From: Nemertoderma westbladi
Taxonomy: Eukaryota > Animalia > Xenacoelomorpha
Assembly: GCA_032718475.1 (NCBI GenBank)
Contig: JAUCBJ010007477.1
Span: forward strand, 62,001 to 126,000
Reading direction: 5' to 3'
DNA length: 64,000 bases
Under the pieces are notes generated by a model. It ran no database searches. It saw nothing but the letters and a program-made list of their open reading frames with translations, and had not been told where the DNA came from. The position numbers were made by a program, and so were the translations under genes. This document shows, piece after piece, positions 1 through 10,900 of this stretch (within the stretch, counting starts at the first letter, position 1; every line of letters starts with the position of its first letter).

Positions 1-79
1 GACCACTTTTAGAACTTTGAGACACTTTTAGTTCTTTGAGAAAATCTCAAAGAACAGATGCACTTTGAGACCCCGACTG
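1..79. mobile_element. End of a Tc1/mariner-like DNA transposon inserted at a TA in the penton gene
   Basis: Sequence ends ...GAGACCCCGACTG|TA (reverse complement TA|CAGTCGGGG, a typical Tc1/mariner terminus). The intact duplicate has TA at the equivalent site (1888-1889). The other end lies outside the window. Confidence 0.6.
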
Positions 80-83
80 TACG

Positions 84-770
84 TTGCCGTCCATGTATAA
101 CAATGTAGAGAATGTTATTTTATTAAAAAAAGGAAAAAAAAATTTTGAGGATACACTTCCATCCGGTTTGTTCTACAGTATCAATGACATTATAGATTAT
201 TTTAACACAGGGGCATTGAAAGATAAATTACAAATAGTTGAAAATACTCAGCAAAATAGGTTGCAATTTATTTTAGGGAAAACTGTGCGAGAGTTATTTA
301 TAGGTCAACAATTAGCCTATTATTTTGGAATTACTGAAAATAATCTCGGCGCGAATTTAAATCCAAATTTTAAAATTATTTTGAAGACAAAAAATAATAT
401 AAAGGGTTATTTAATAAAGGTTATCGGAAATGGAGAAAAAGCTTACCAGATGGTATTTTTATGCCCTCAACCACCCAATTCTATTCCAGAACCTAAGTCG
501 AACATGTACGTGACTACTAATATAATTGAAAATCAATATATTAATGACTTTGGTTTAGCTTTACTTCGTCGTGTTGCGATACCTGATGACGTGAAATATG
601 GTAGCGTAATAAATAAAGAATTTGTCAAGGATACAATTCATTATATCCCTGTAAAAAAATCATATAAGATAACATACATTCATATTGAAATAACAGACAA
701 AGAAGGAAAAGATTTGAATTTTGAATACGGGACAACATCTATTACATTACACTTTAAACGTATAAATTAA
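84..770 (+). pseudogene. Minor capsid (penton-like) protein, 5'-interrupted duplicate
   Basis: Identical to the C-terminal part of 1733-2578; the 5' end is cut by a mariner-like insertion. Confidence 0.8.
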
Positions 771-771
771 A

Positions 772-1740
772 ATGGATTCTGATTTATTTCAAAGATTAAG
801 TAAACCTCAATATGGCGGTTCAGACTCGAATCTTGCTGTTTTTAAAGGTGGTAGAAGTACCAGAGGTTCGACGCAAGTTCCTGTTTTTCGAGGTGGTTCA
901 TATATTGACCCTTACGGTCAACAAATTGGCACATTTGGTCCAAACTTAAAACAACGTCGTTTTCAGCGTTATTGTAGAGGTATGCAGGCAAATCAACACG
1001 GAGAAGGTATATTTACAGACGCCTTATCGACATTGAAAAAATTTGGTAAGCCATTAGCTAAAAAAGTTTTACAGAAAGCTTTACCATTTACCACAAAATT
1101 TATGAGACAACACGTAATACCAAAAGGTAAGCGGGTCTTACATCAGCAGGCTAATACGGTTATTAATAAAGCGTTAAATAAAATGAAACCGTCAACCAGG
1201 TCAGTTGTAGAAAAAGTTTATAAAGATTTAAAGCGACCCACTAGACCAATGTCTATGAACATACATCATCGATTAATACAAATTCTAGGCTTAAAACCGT
1301 TATTGGATCGGAATCATCCGGATATTCCGAATTGGGATATATACAGTACCACTACAGTAGATGAATTAAGCAATATAGAACAGCCAATATTAATTTTAAA
1401 TTATAGCGGGCCAAAAATTTTGGAAATTGGCATTTTAGATTTTCCAGCTCCCACGAATATAACTCGTAATAAAGACACTATCTTTATATACACAGATATT
1501 ATTAAGAGCTCATTTGTTGGCGACGCTTTAGCACCGCTCTTAAGAACCTGCCCTTTAACGCAATTAAATCGAAAATATATTAATCACGAATACGAGAGCA
1601 TTTGCTATTACCCGTTGTTGAATAAAAAACTAAAAACAATATTAATTACTTTACGTGACGGCCAAGGCGAATTAATTAACTTTAGCGGAGGTCGCACTGT
1701 TATAACACTTAAGTTAATACGGGGTGGCAGCGATGGATGA
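772..1740 (+). CDS. In-frame chimera: core protein N-terminus fused to the C-terminus of penton paralogue 1
   Basis: The N-terminal half equals 2580-3140 up to MNIHHR. The remainder carries Polinton penton motifs IFIYTDII..VGDALAPLLR..YYPL..ITLRD..G..INF.GG.TVITL. Confidence 0.8.
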   Translation: MDSDLFQRLSKPQYGGSDSNLAVFKGGRSTRGSTQVPVFRGGSYIDPYGQQIGTFGPNLKQRRFQRYCRGMQANQHGEGIFTDALSTLKKFGKPLAKKVLQKALPFTTKFMRQHVIPKGKRVLHQQANTVINKALNKMKPSTRSVVEKVYKDLKRPTRPMSMNIHHRLIQILGLKPLLDRNHPDIPNWDIYSTTTVDELSNIEQPILILNYSGPKILEIGILDFPAPTNITRNKDTIFIYTDIIKSSFVGDALAPLLRTCPLTQLNRKYINHEYESICYYPLLNKKLKTILITLRDGQGELINFSGGRTVITLKLIRGGSDG

Positions 1741-2578
1741 ATTCTACGTAAGACTACCAAGTAATTCCTGTCCAATTGATTTTCCCCGCAATAGCGCTAG
1801 TAATTATCAGATAAATTTCCATGGCGCCTTACCTATAAACCCAAACGAAAACTGGGTGGTAGGTATAAAAAGTATATTTTACTTAGCTACGTTGCCGTCC
1901 ATGTATAACAATGTAGAGAATGTTATTTTATTAAAAAAAGGAAAAAAAAATTTTGAGGATACACTTCCATCCGGTTTGTTCTACAGTATCAATGACATTA
2001 TAGATTATTTTAACACAGGGGCATTGAAAGATAAATTACAAATAGTTGAAAATACTCAGCAAAATAGGTTGCAATTTATTTTAGGGAAAACTGTGCGAGA
2101 GTTATTTATAGGTCAACAATTAGCCTATTATTTTGGAATTACTGAAAATAATCTCGGCGCGAATTTAAATCCAAATTTTAAAATTATTTTGAAGACGAAA
2201 AATAATATAAAGGGTTATTTAATAAAGGTTATCGGAAATGGAGAAAAAGCTTACCAGATGGTATTTTTATGCCCTCAACCACCCAATTCTATTCCAGAAC
2301 CTAAGTCGAACATGTACGTGACTACTAATATAATTGAAAATCAATATATTAATGACTTTGGTTTAGCTTTACTTCGTCGTGTTGCGATACCTGATGACGT
2401 GAAATATGGTAGCGTAATAAATAAAGAATTTGTCAAGGATACAATTCATTATATCCCTGTAAAAAAATCATATAAGATAACATACATTCATATTGAAATA
2501 ACAGACAAAGAAGGAAAAGATTTGAATTTTGAATACGGGACAACATCTATTACATTACACTTTAAACGTATAAATTAA
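1733..2578 (+). CDS. Minor capsid (penton-like) protein, paralogue 2
   Basis: N-terminal FYVRLPSNS..FPRN.ASNY..WVVG and C-terminal YVTTNII..LLR..HYIPV..IEITD..G..F..G.TSITLHF are typical of Polinton minor capsid proteins. Confidence 0.85.
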   Translation: MDEFYVRLPSNSCPIDFPRNSASNYQINFHGALPINPNENWVVGIKSIFYLATLPSMYNNVENVILLKKGKKNFEDTLPSGLFYSINDIIDYFNTGALKDKLQIVENTQQNRLQFILGKTVRELFIGQQLAYYFGITENNLGANLNPNFKIILKTKNNIKGYLIKVIGNGEKAYQMVFLCPQPPNSIPEPKSNMYVTTNIIENQYINDFGLALLRRVAIPDDVKYGSVINKEFVKDTIHYIPVKKSYKITYIHIEITDKEGKDLNFEYGTTSITLHFKRIN

Positions 2579-2579
2579 A

Positions 2580-3140
2580 ATGGATTCTGATTTATTTCAA
2601 AGATTAAGTAAACCTCAATATGGCGGTTCAGACTCGAATCTTGCTGTTTTTAAAGGTGGTAGAAGTACCAGAGGTTCGACGCAAGTTCCTGTTTTTCGAG
2701 GTGGTTCATATATTGACCCTTACGGTCAACAAATTGGCACATTTGGTCCAAACTTAAAACAACGTCGTTTTCAGCGTTATTGTAGAGGTATGCAGGCAAA
2801 TCAACATGGAGAAGGTATATTTACAGACGCCTTATCGACATTGAAAAAATTTGGTAAGCCATTAGCTAAAAAAGTTTTACAGAAAGCTTTACCATTTACC
2901 ACAAAATTTATGAGACAACACGTAATACCAAAAGGTAAGCGGGTCTTACATCAGCAGGCTAATACGGTTATTAATAAAGCGTTAAATAAAATGAAACCGT
3001 CAACCAGGTCAGTTGTAGAAAAAGTTTATAAAGATTTAAAGCGACCCACTAGACCAATGTCTATGAACATACATCATCGACGTAGTAAAAAGAGAAATAT
3101 AAAGGGCAAACTGAAACACTGCGAAAAAAGTATTTTTTAA
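2580..3140 (+). CDS. Basic virion core protein (pVII/pX-like) with adenain-type cleavage motifs
   Basis: K/R-rich. Contains QYGG|S, FKGG|R, FRGG|S and QHGE|G motifs, followed by an amphipathic helix GIFTDALSTLKKFGK. Located between penton and MCP. Confidence 0.7.
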   Translation: MDSDLFQRLSKPQYGGSDSNLAVFKGGRSTRGSTQVPVFRGGSYIDPYGQQIGTFGPNLKQRRFQRYCRGMQANQHGEGIFTDALSTLKKFGKPLAKKVLQKALPFTTKFMRQHVIPKGKRVLHQQANTVINKALNKMKPSTRSVVEKVYKDLKRPTRPMSMNIHHRRSKKRNIKGKLKHCEKSIF

Positions 3141-3142
3141 TA

Positions 3143-4390
3143 ATGTCAATTATTAAGGAATTAGATTTATTTTCTACACAGCCAATACAGACTGAATTTA
3201 AAGCAAAGCATTATGAAACAATTTACCCCGTATCTAATCTCAGAAGTGAATCTAGGGAGGTCACCTTCCTTGTACCAAGATCCAATGAATTCTATACGAA
3301 ACTGCAAGATGCGTTATTAATTACAAAATGTACTGTACGCTGGGATAGGCGACTTGAAAACTCTCATATATATATGCTGAATTACCCCACTGAAACTATG
3401 TGGAGTGATATTAAAATAGACCTTAATGAGAAGCAGGTTGAAAATAGCAATAACCATTATTTCTACAAGTCGTACTTATCCAATTTATTATTTACAACTT
3501 ACGAGGATAAAAATGGGCTACTGGGTGCGGGTGGCTTTCATCAACCTTTATCTGAACATGGAAATGAAATTAATGTCGGCGCGCATCCTATTGACGATGC
3601 CTTTAGTAAACAAATGCAATTTGTAAGTGGATTGACGATTGATTTTGATACTGAAACTAAAATAATACAACCCGGGTATGATTTAAGAATGCATTTTAGA
3701 AAAGTATCAAATTCGTTTATTTTTAAAATCACTCCAAACGCAAACGCCGTGACAAATCTTCGGCTAGAATTAGATGAAATAAAGATTCTAATCCCTAGAA
3801 TGGAGGTTAATCCAGTAATAGAAAGCAGTCACCTAAAAGGTTTAGAGAGCTACGATATTGAATATCAATTTCAAAAGAAAGAGGTGACAACATTTACTAT
3901 TCCCGCACAAACCACAAATTACACTCAAACAAACATATTTGATGGTAAAAAACCCAAATTAGTTATTATCGGCTTCATAACAAATAACGCTTATTCGGGA
4001 GAATTAATTAGCAATCCCTTGAAATTTGAACATTTTAACCTTATACGCGCGGAACTGATTGTAGACGGTCTTCCAGTAGGGGGTGTAATATACGAGCCTA
4101 ATTTTACAGATGGAACATATATTTTTGAGTATACTCAATTAATGAAGAACATTAATACATAATATTAACGGTTATGGAGGTAATAATATAGACCATTCCT
4201 GGACCATTACCTATCCTGGGACCTAACCGCCGACGGCTATGTTAGAGATCCGCAACCGTCGATATATACTAACGGCCAATTAAAATTAAGATTTGCCGAA
4301 CCGTTGGTTGAAACCATAAATGTAATCGTTTTTAATATTTATGATCAATCATTAAGTTTAAATAGCAGGAATGAAATACATATCGATTAA
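3143..4390 (+). pseudogene. Major capsid protein (double jelly-roll, hexon-like), disrupted near the C-terminus
   Basis: ELDLF..IYPVS..YFYKSYL..PKLVIIGF..AYSG...NPLKFEHFNL motifs. The same frame resumes after four stops (4160-4186) as WDLTADG..QPSIYTNGQLKLRF..TINVIVF, matching the C-terminus of the paralogue at 47720. Confidence 0.85.
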
Positions 4391-4392
4391 GT

Positions 4393-4848
4393 ATGTTATC
4401 TACAGAGGACCTTGATATGTTTCCAGTGGGCGGTCACTATTTGGGAGCGTTTCCAGCTAACAAATTACCTAAATTAGATAATAATAATAAGCGGCGGGAT
4501 TATGGGTTAATAGTAAATACCGATAAAGAGCATCTGCCCGGGATTCATTGGATCGCGATATATATACGAGATAATGAGGCCGAAGTATTTGACTCGTTTG
4601 GACCAAAATATCCAAACAGATGCATCGAAAAATGGCTTGAGAAAAATTCCGCGAGGTGGCGTACTACCCGCAAACAATTTCAAGACCCCCGGAGGACCAC
4701 ATGCGGTCTGTACTGTCTTTATTATTTGGTAAATCGTATTCACACAATCTATCCAATGAGTGCGTTTACAAATAATGTGGAAATAAATGAAATAATATTA
4801 TATAAATGGCTTGTTAATTATTATAAATTAAACCAACAAACTTTGTAA
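4393..4848 (+). CDS. Adenain-like cysteine protease
   Basis: IVNTD..PGIHWIA (His), FDSFG (Asp), FQ....TCGLYC (Gln, Cys). Confidence 0.92.
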   Translation: MLSTEDLDMFPVGGHYLGAFPANKLPKLDNNNKRRDYGLIVNTDKEHLPGIHWIAIYIRDNEAEVFDSFGPKYPNRCIEKWLEKNSARWRTTRKQFQDPRRTTCGLYCLYYLVNRIHTIYPMSAFTNNVEINEIILYKWLVNYYKLNQQTL

Positions 4849-4879
4849 TTAATTATTTAACTTTTGTTTATCAGATAAA

Positions 4880-5473
4880 ATGGATAATATTATTTTTGTT
4901 GATTTTCAATATTATAAGATAGACAATAAAGAGTATCCGGTAGTATTTAAAGAATTTGCTATATTCGATTCTAATTACTCCAAAACTAATATAAAGACGT
5001 TTTTAATTAAAGGCCCACCTAATATTAAGTTATCAGCATTAGATGCAGCCCACGTAAACAATTTACGGGATATGACTTCTCACTTGTCCTGGGACTATGG
5101 GGACATTTCGCAAGATGACTTTAAAAAATATATGAAGAGACATTTAAAATATAAAAAAAATATTCATGTATTTGGGTTGATGAAGCGGGCAATATTAGTT
5201 TCCCAACTCGATGTTCTCGCGCCAAATTCGATGGAGAAATTGGGAATATATAAGCAATATCACGAATATTTAACTCCTTGTCGGTTCCACGACCGATTTA
5301 TTCCGCTAGAAAATAAATGCGCGTTCCACTTAAACATAGGGGATAACTGTCTGCGATACTGCTCAGCAACTGGGGCGTATGAGATGCTACATTTTTTCAT
5401 GAGAAAACATTTAACTGCGACTGATGATGATGATAAACAGAAAGAAATAACCGCGGTGGAAGATGTACTGTAG
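4880..5473 (+). CDS. Uncharacterised protein, DnaQ/DEDD exonuclease-like fold
   Basis: N-terminal IIFVDFQ..FKEFAI resembles a degenerate ExoI motif. LSWDYGD and a C-terminal C..H....CA cluster follow. A pyrimidine tract plus AG lies just upstream (4862-4874). Confidence 0.5.
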   Translation: MDNIIFVDFQYYKIDNKEYPVVFKEFAIFDSNYSKTNIKTFLIKGPPNIKLSALDAAHVNNLRDMTSHLSWDYGDISQDDFKKYMKRHLKYKKNIHVFGLMKRAILVSQLDVLAPNSMEKLGIYKQYHEYLTPCRFHDRFIPLENKCAFHLNIGDNCLRYCSATGAYEMLHFFMRKHLTATDDDDKQKEITAVEDVL

Positions 5474-5589
5474 GTTTACTCTAAGCATGTAATGTGATGG
5501 GATAATATAATTGTTTTAATGTCAATAAAAATAATAAAAACATTAAAATCTATTTTTTAATATCTCAATTTGACTGAAGGTGTAGGGCT

Positions 5590-7720
5590 TAAGTTTACAC
5601 TCACAAACACACCGTACCTACCGGTAGCCGGCTGTTGTATCAGAGTTTAACTACCAGTAGCTAGCTGATTTTACTGCATATACCAACAACGCTAAACTGT
5701 AGAACGGCAGAATGGCCCCGACAGCAACCACAGAGCTTTAGCGTTACCGGTACCATACTTACTAATAATAAAATTAAATTAAGTCGACATAGGGGTTCGT
5801 GAATGCAGCATTAGAGGAGGCCCACCTAACAATAGGCCTACTGGTACCGGCACCGTAGCACTCTTGTACCTGTATACTTGAATAGAGCAAGAGCATACTG
5901 GACTGCCGGTTTCTTTGATTTAAGGATTACGCTATTACACTTGAATGCTTCCAATTTTCTGTTTACAACTTTAATTGGTCTAATCTACATTACTGCGGGT
6001 GGGTGGGCTACTACTGTCACATAGGTAAGCCTATACAGCTATAGTTAACTTTATGCGGGGCCCTTTTTCGAATGTTGACTCAATATGGTTTATGGTTAAC
6101 CTTTAGTACTCACGGATAGGTAAGGTACACTTTCATTTGGTTAGGCATATAGGCCTAATGACTACTCCTCAACTGAAAGTTGACTAGCTCATTGATACAA
6201 TAGGTGTGGTTAGGTACCGGTAGGGCTATAGGTCCTATAAAATCCCCTCACACTCTCTGTTACTAACTTTCTACATTCACTCCTGAGCGACATCATTCAA
6301 CCAGTCATATAATGACTCCACTCGGATACAATAGGTGTGGCTCTCAGTATACCTAATTAAGCCTATATAAAATCCACCTCATTCTCTGTTACTAACATTC
6401 ACTCTATGTTGACTGTGGGACTATATAAAACATAGTTAATTTATTTATGTATTCGCTTTTTTTAATTATATAAAATAGATTCGGTCTACTAAGTTTTATA
6501 AGCAACAATAACCGATAGGCCTAACAATAACAATAACAATAACAACAACCCTAAATTTATTACTGTATTAGGCTAGGCGTATACCTTTTATAGTCCTATA
6601 TGTGGATCCGCCTGTAGAGTTTCCTCCATTGCCGGTACCTGTAAATGGTTGTTTATAGGCCGGCTAACTTCTACCGGTCTTTGTGTTGGTATATTGAAGT
6701 GAAGTGTGTCATCAACATCATTCTCCCAATTTTCGCTAGAGGGTGAGCTTCCCGATATTCGCGATGGTTGTATCTTTATAACAAGCGAGAAATCTTTTGA
6801 AATTTCAACCGTTGTAGGCGATAAAGGTAGACCATCTACTTGACCTACTCCATATTCTATATGCGGATTAGCGATATATGCTCTGGTCGTTGTTCTATTC
6901 TGAATGTAGGGAGATGCATAGCCGATGTTTTAATGATATGTACCGGTATACAGACTAGTAACAGATAGGAGGGCATCGTCTTTGACTATGAATACCAGCA
7001 CATAGCCCTAATCTTTTCTCACCGAGCTTAGCGTTGCCCACCGCACTCTCGCACACTCATAAGTAACAGATGCGCTATTGTAACTCACTCGTGAGCAACA
7101 ATGCCAAGTTAGCTAGCTAGCTACAGCCTCTGAGTATACTATGCCTACTTGAGTGTTACAAGCAACAATTGCTCTACCGAAGTTAATTTCCTCTCAAACT
7201 AGGTGTGATTTTAAAAAAATATTCATAATTTTTTTCCAACCAATTTAATATATATATATATTTTACAGTAAAAATCTCCACCACCAAACAGCAACAACAA
7301 CAATAAATTTCACTCACACTAATTATATTTTACAACAAAAACGCTCGCATCAAACAATAATAAATTATTAACCAGTTTGTTGAATATAGGGTAATATATA
7401 TGAAATTTAAACGGGGAACACATTAATGTACATTTACCTGTGTAGAAGCAGCAAACAACAACATTATTATTTATTCTGACTTTACAGTTATTGAATATTT
7501 CAGGTTCATATATAACTTGAAGTTGCACATTATCAAAGACAACATAAAACCCAGTATTGTTTATCAATAACCTATAGACTACAGACTTAATACTAAAAAT
7601 ATAAGTACATAAATTAACAGATTTTAAAATCAAATTAATACTAGTTTTATCAAATATATGCTTTTTTACTTTTTGGAAATTATACTTACTGCCTAATAAT
7701 GTAATACGACCATTTTTAAA
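5590..7720. repeat. Convergence region of element A, homologous to 38830-41020
   Basis: Colinear shared blocks in the same orientation, e.g. AATTAAATTAA.TCGACAT, CCCTTTTTCGAATG, GACTATGAATACCAG.ACATAGCCC, and the TBP-like 3' end. Confidence 0.85.
6588..6860 (-). pseudogene. Remnant of an ENWE-motif protein, homologue of 39567-39953
   Basis: Hand translation ISKDFSLVIKIQPS..SENWENDVD aligns with MKNFTLNVRIQPG..QENWEDG. Confidence 0.55.
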
Positions 7721-7900
7721 TATTAATAATGTGGCACCAAATATCTTATATATAAATTGATTTGGTTTGAGTATGTGTTTACCAGATAATTGATTTTTTA
7801 ATTCTTTAAAATTAATCGCTAACACTTGCTGGCAACTTATATTTTTATTTACTATTTGATAATTCATCATCATCAATACCATCGTCTTTTGGTTCTTCAT
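7319..7900 (-). CDS. TATA-binding protein (TBP)-like protein, copy 1
   Basis: Two TBP-type repeats: IVN..PNQF..ATLLIFKNGRITLLGSK and SVN..YEPEIF..VVCCFYTGKCTL. The probable start (about 7870) overlaps the pPolB stop. Confidence 0.8.
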   Translation of the reverse strand: MKNQKTMVLMMMNYQIVNKNISCQQVLAINFKELKNQLSGKHILKPNQFIYKIFGATLLIFKNGRITLLGSKYNFQKVKKHIFDKTSINLILKSVNLCTYIFSIKSVVYRLLINNTGFYVVFDNVQLQVIYEPEIFNNCKVRINNNVVVCCFYTGKCTLMCSPFKFHIYYPIFNKLVNNLLLFDASVFVVKYN

Positions 7901-10900
7901 AAATTGGTATATTTGATATTTTTATAGGTTTTTTGAGGTTTGTTTTATAGTGCCCCCAAGGAAGCGAATGATTTTTATTAACCCAATAAAGTTTATCGTC
8001 AAAGCTACTGAGTGCAAATTTATTTTGCTTTAAGGTATAAATACGATGTAATTTAGATTGAAATCTGTGTATGTTTTTTTTTATTTCTTCATTTGAGTTA
8101 TAGGCTTTTAAATATTCTTCATGTGTAATATTCGTTTCCACAACAGCTCTTGTAATACCTTTTGCTCTACGAATATTTTTGTTATTCCATTCCAAAATTG
8201 AATATAATTTTGGTCTTAAAAGTACTGCTTGTTTAATTTCACGTGAGGCTAGTTCGTCTTTACAGTAATAGAGTTGGGATTTATTTTTATCGCTGTAGAG
8301 AGGGTGATCCTTAGGGTAATTGGAAGTATCTAAAATATTATTTTTAATTAATGCTTTTAAAAAATTATTCTGCGATGTATTATAATAACAACCTATCAAA
8401 GAGTCAGTGTCTGATGCAGCAATTTCAATACGGCAGTTTAATTCTTTCTCAATAGGTAGCAATTTATTGTAAAACAGCTCATACATATCCAATTTAGCCA
8501 AGTCCAACATAGCGCTACCAATAAATATAGGCTTATCGAGAGTTACAGAGTCTTTCACTAATAAATGTCCCGATAATGTATTATTGTATATTATAAATTG
8601 TTCATGATTAATACGATTTACCAATTGATCGCATTTATCGTTGCTATTTGCGATACGAAAGTTACATCAATCTCTTATCTTTTCTATTGATTTGCCAAAC
8701 AGCGAATTATTGAGCAATTTCGCGACGGCAGTTTCAATGTAACTTTTTGCTAGGCGCCTTTGATTAATATTAAAATCTATGTAATTTTTAAATACAAATT
8801 CTTGTTGAAAAGAATATAATTTATGGAGCTTAGTAACAATTAATCCATGTTTTATATAAAATTTTAACAGTTTCAAATGTAAATGATAAAACTCTTTATC
8901 AAATTGCGTCAGCAAGAGTTTTGGTGTAGACATCCTATATTTACGGGAGGTACCTCTTTGTATCGATAAATTATTAAATTGTTCCCGCATATAAGGCGAA
9001 AGCATTGTTTCATTTATACTTAAATGCTCTGGGGCTAACAGTAATTGTAATGTTTGATCGTGAATAGCCTTGGGATAATTTAAATCACATATTAAAAAAT
9101 ATCCAGTAGATCCATCAATGTCTAAATCTACCAAGTACTCGATTAGTTTTTCTGGAATTGCATTCTCTAAATGTTTAATACTTACTTCTTTGAATTGCGA
9201 GGTGGGTAATTTTTTACTTAAATTCCCAGAATATAAAGAGTTGAAATCAATATTAAAAATATGGCATTCTTCCTTAGTAGAATCATATGTGTTTGTTCCA
9301 GGTATATTTGATTCTATATAATGCTTTCGACAAAATGAAACACCACCCCTAATTGATTTTTCAAAATCTCTATATGTTTGATAATCCTTTATTAATTCTA
9401 TTTTACATTTATTATATTTTAGTGCGCAATCATAGGTAAATGACGCAATACTACAGTAAAAAACCACTTCTAAATCGTAATTTTGTTTACAAACATTCCT
9501 AAAATTCTCAAATATATCAGCAAGCAAACAAACATCGAGTTTTAAATAGGCTAAAAGATAATCTTTGAGATTCACACAGTCGAATTCTACCCATGATAAT
9601 CCAGCAAACCTATAATCTTCAATTGTGCATGTTTTTTGTGTTAAGTTACTAAAAAAATTATTTATAGACGGCAAACCAGTATCATTAAATTTATTAATAT
9701 CTGTCAAGTACTCGTATGGAAATACTCCTTTCCGTTTAATTGTTGAGTTATTCAAGTTTGGATAAAAATATTTCATTTCTTGTAGAGTAATAGGTAAAAT
9801 TTAGCTTATATCATGACTCGCTACATCCTTTGTTGAACACTCAACTAAATTTCTTAGGGAAAAGCTTAAAAATTGATATGTGTCTAAGAAACGTAACTCA
9901 ATTTTTTTAGAAGTGTTTTTAATTGGGATAAACGCACTCAGTGAAATATATCGTTCTGTATTTTTCAGTATAACCTTTATATCCCAATTGGTGTATTTCT
10001 TATCTCTAAATCCGGTTTGTAATATACAATGTATATCATAATTACTGGAATTGTGCCCGCAAAGTACATACAGGTATCGTTTCAATGATAAACTTCGGTT
10101 ACAACTATTACAGGCTGCTGCAATATATTTACCAGTAATATGTGAATGATGTCTGTTTTTCCCAACATTATTATTTAAAGTAACATTACAATAGAAACAA
10201 AATTTTGCTTGTTCAAAATTTACAAAATCAATATTAGTAAATGACATAGTTTTATGAGTGTATATGTCTGACCAACAACATAATTCAGTTAAATCAAAAT
10301 ATAATGAATCTAAGAAATCTTGAATACAATTATTATTATTATTTGACTTTACGAATGTTTTCAAATGACATTTTGGGGGGTTAATTAATTCAGTATTGGG
10401 AACAATTAAATAACTCGCAGCACACGGTATATGCTCCTGTATAAATTGATTATTAACTGAAGGTTGTAAGATACATTCTATATCAAAGTAGGTGACAAAC
10501 AATGGGGATAAGGTTCTATCTAAATTTGTAAAACTAATGTGTGTTCTTTTTTTATTAGGTAGTTTCTCGCGCTGACTTCTTCCTTGGTAGCATGCAAGAC
10601 GGTGTCGTTGGAGAACTTCCGATTGAAAAAAATGAGCCAAACACCTTTCACAATATTTCCTACTCCCGATATGAAGAGCTCTCGTATTCAGCAATCGATT
10701 CAAGTTAGTTATGCAAACATAATGATTCGGTTTAGGTACATTGTTATTTTTTACTACAAGTAATATATTTAATAACTCTTTATCAGGTGTAATTTTACTA
10801 AACGGTGGTTGTCTTAATATAGATACAGGGGCGCGTTTGTTGTCGTTATTCCAATATAGTAAATTAATTATATATTTTGAATTTTGTTTTTCAAAAAGTT

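Larger units (their letters stand above)
80..3080 (+). repeat. Tandem duplication, 1808-bp period (80-1272 = 1888-3080)
   Basis: Near-identical copies with only about 2 substitutions seen; translated ORFs are identical over the duplicated span. Confidence 0.95.
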
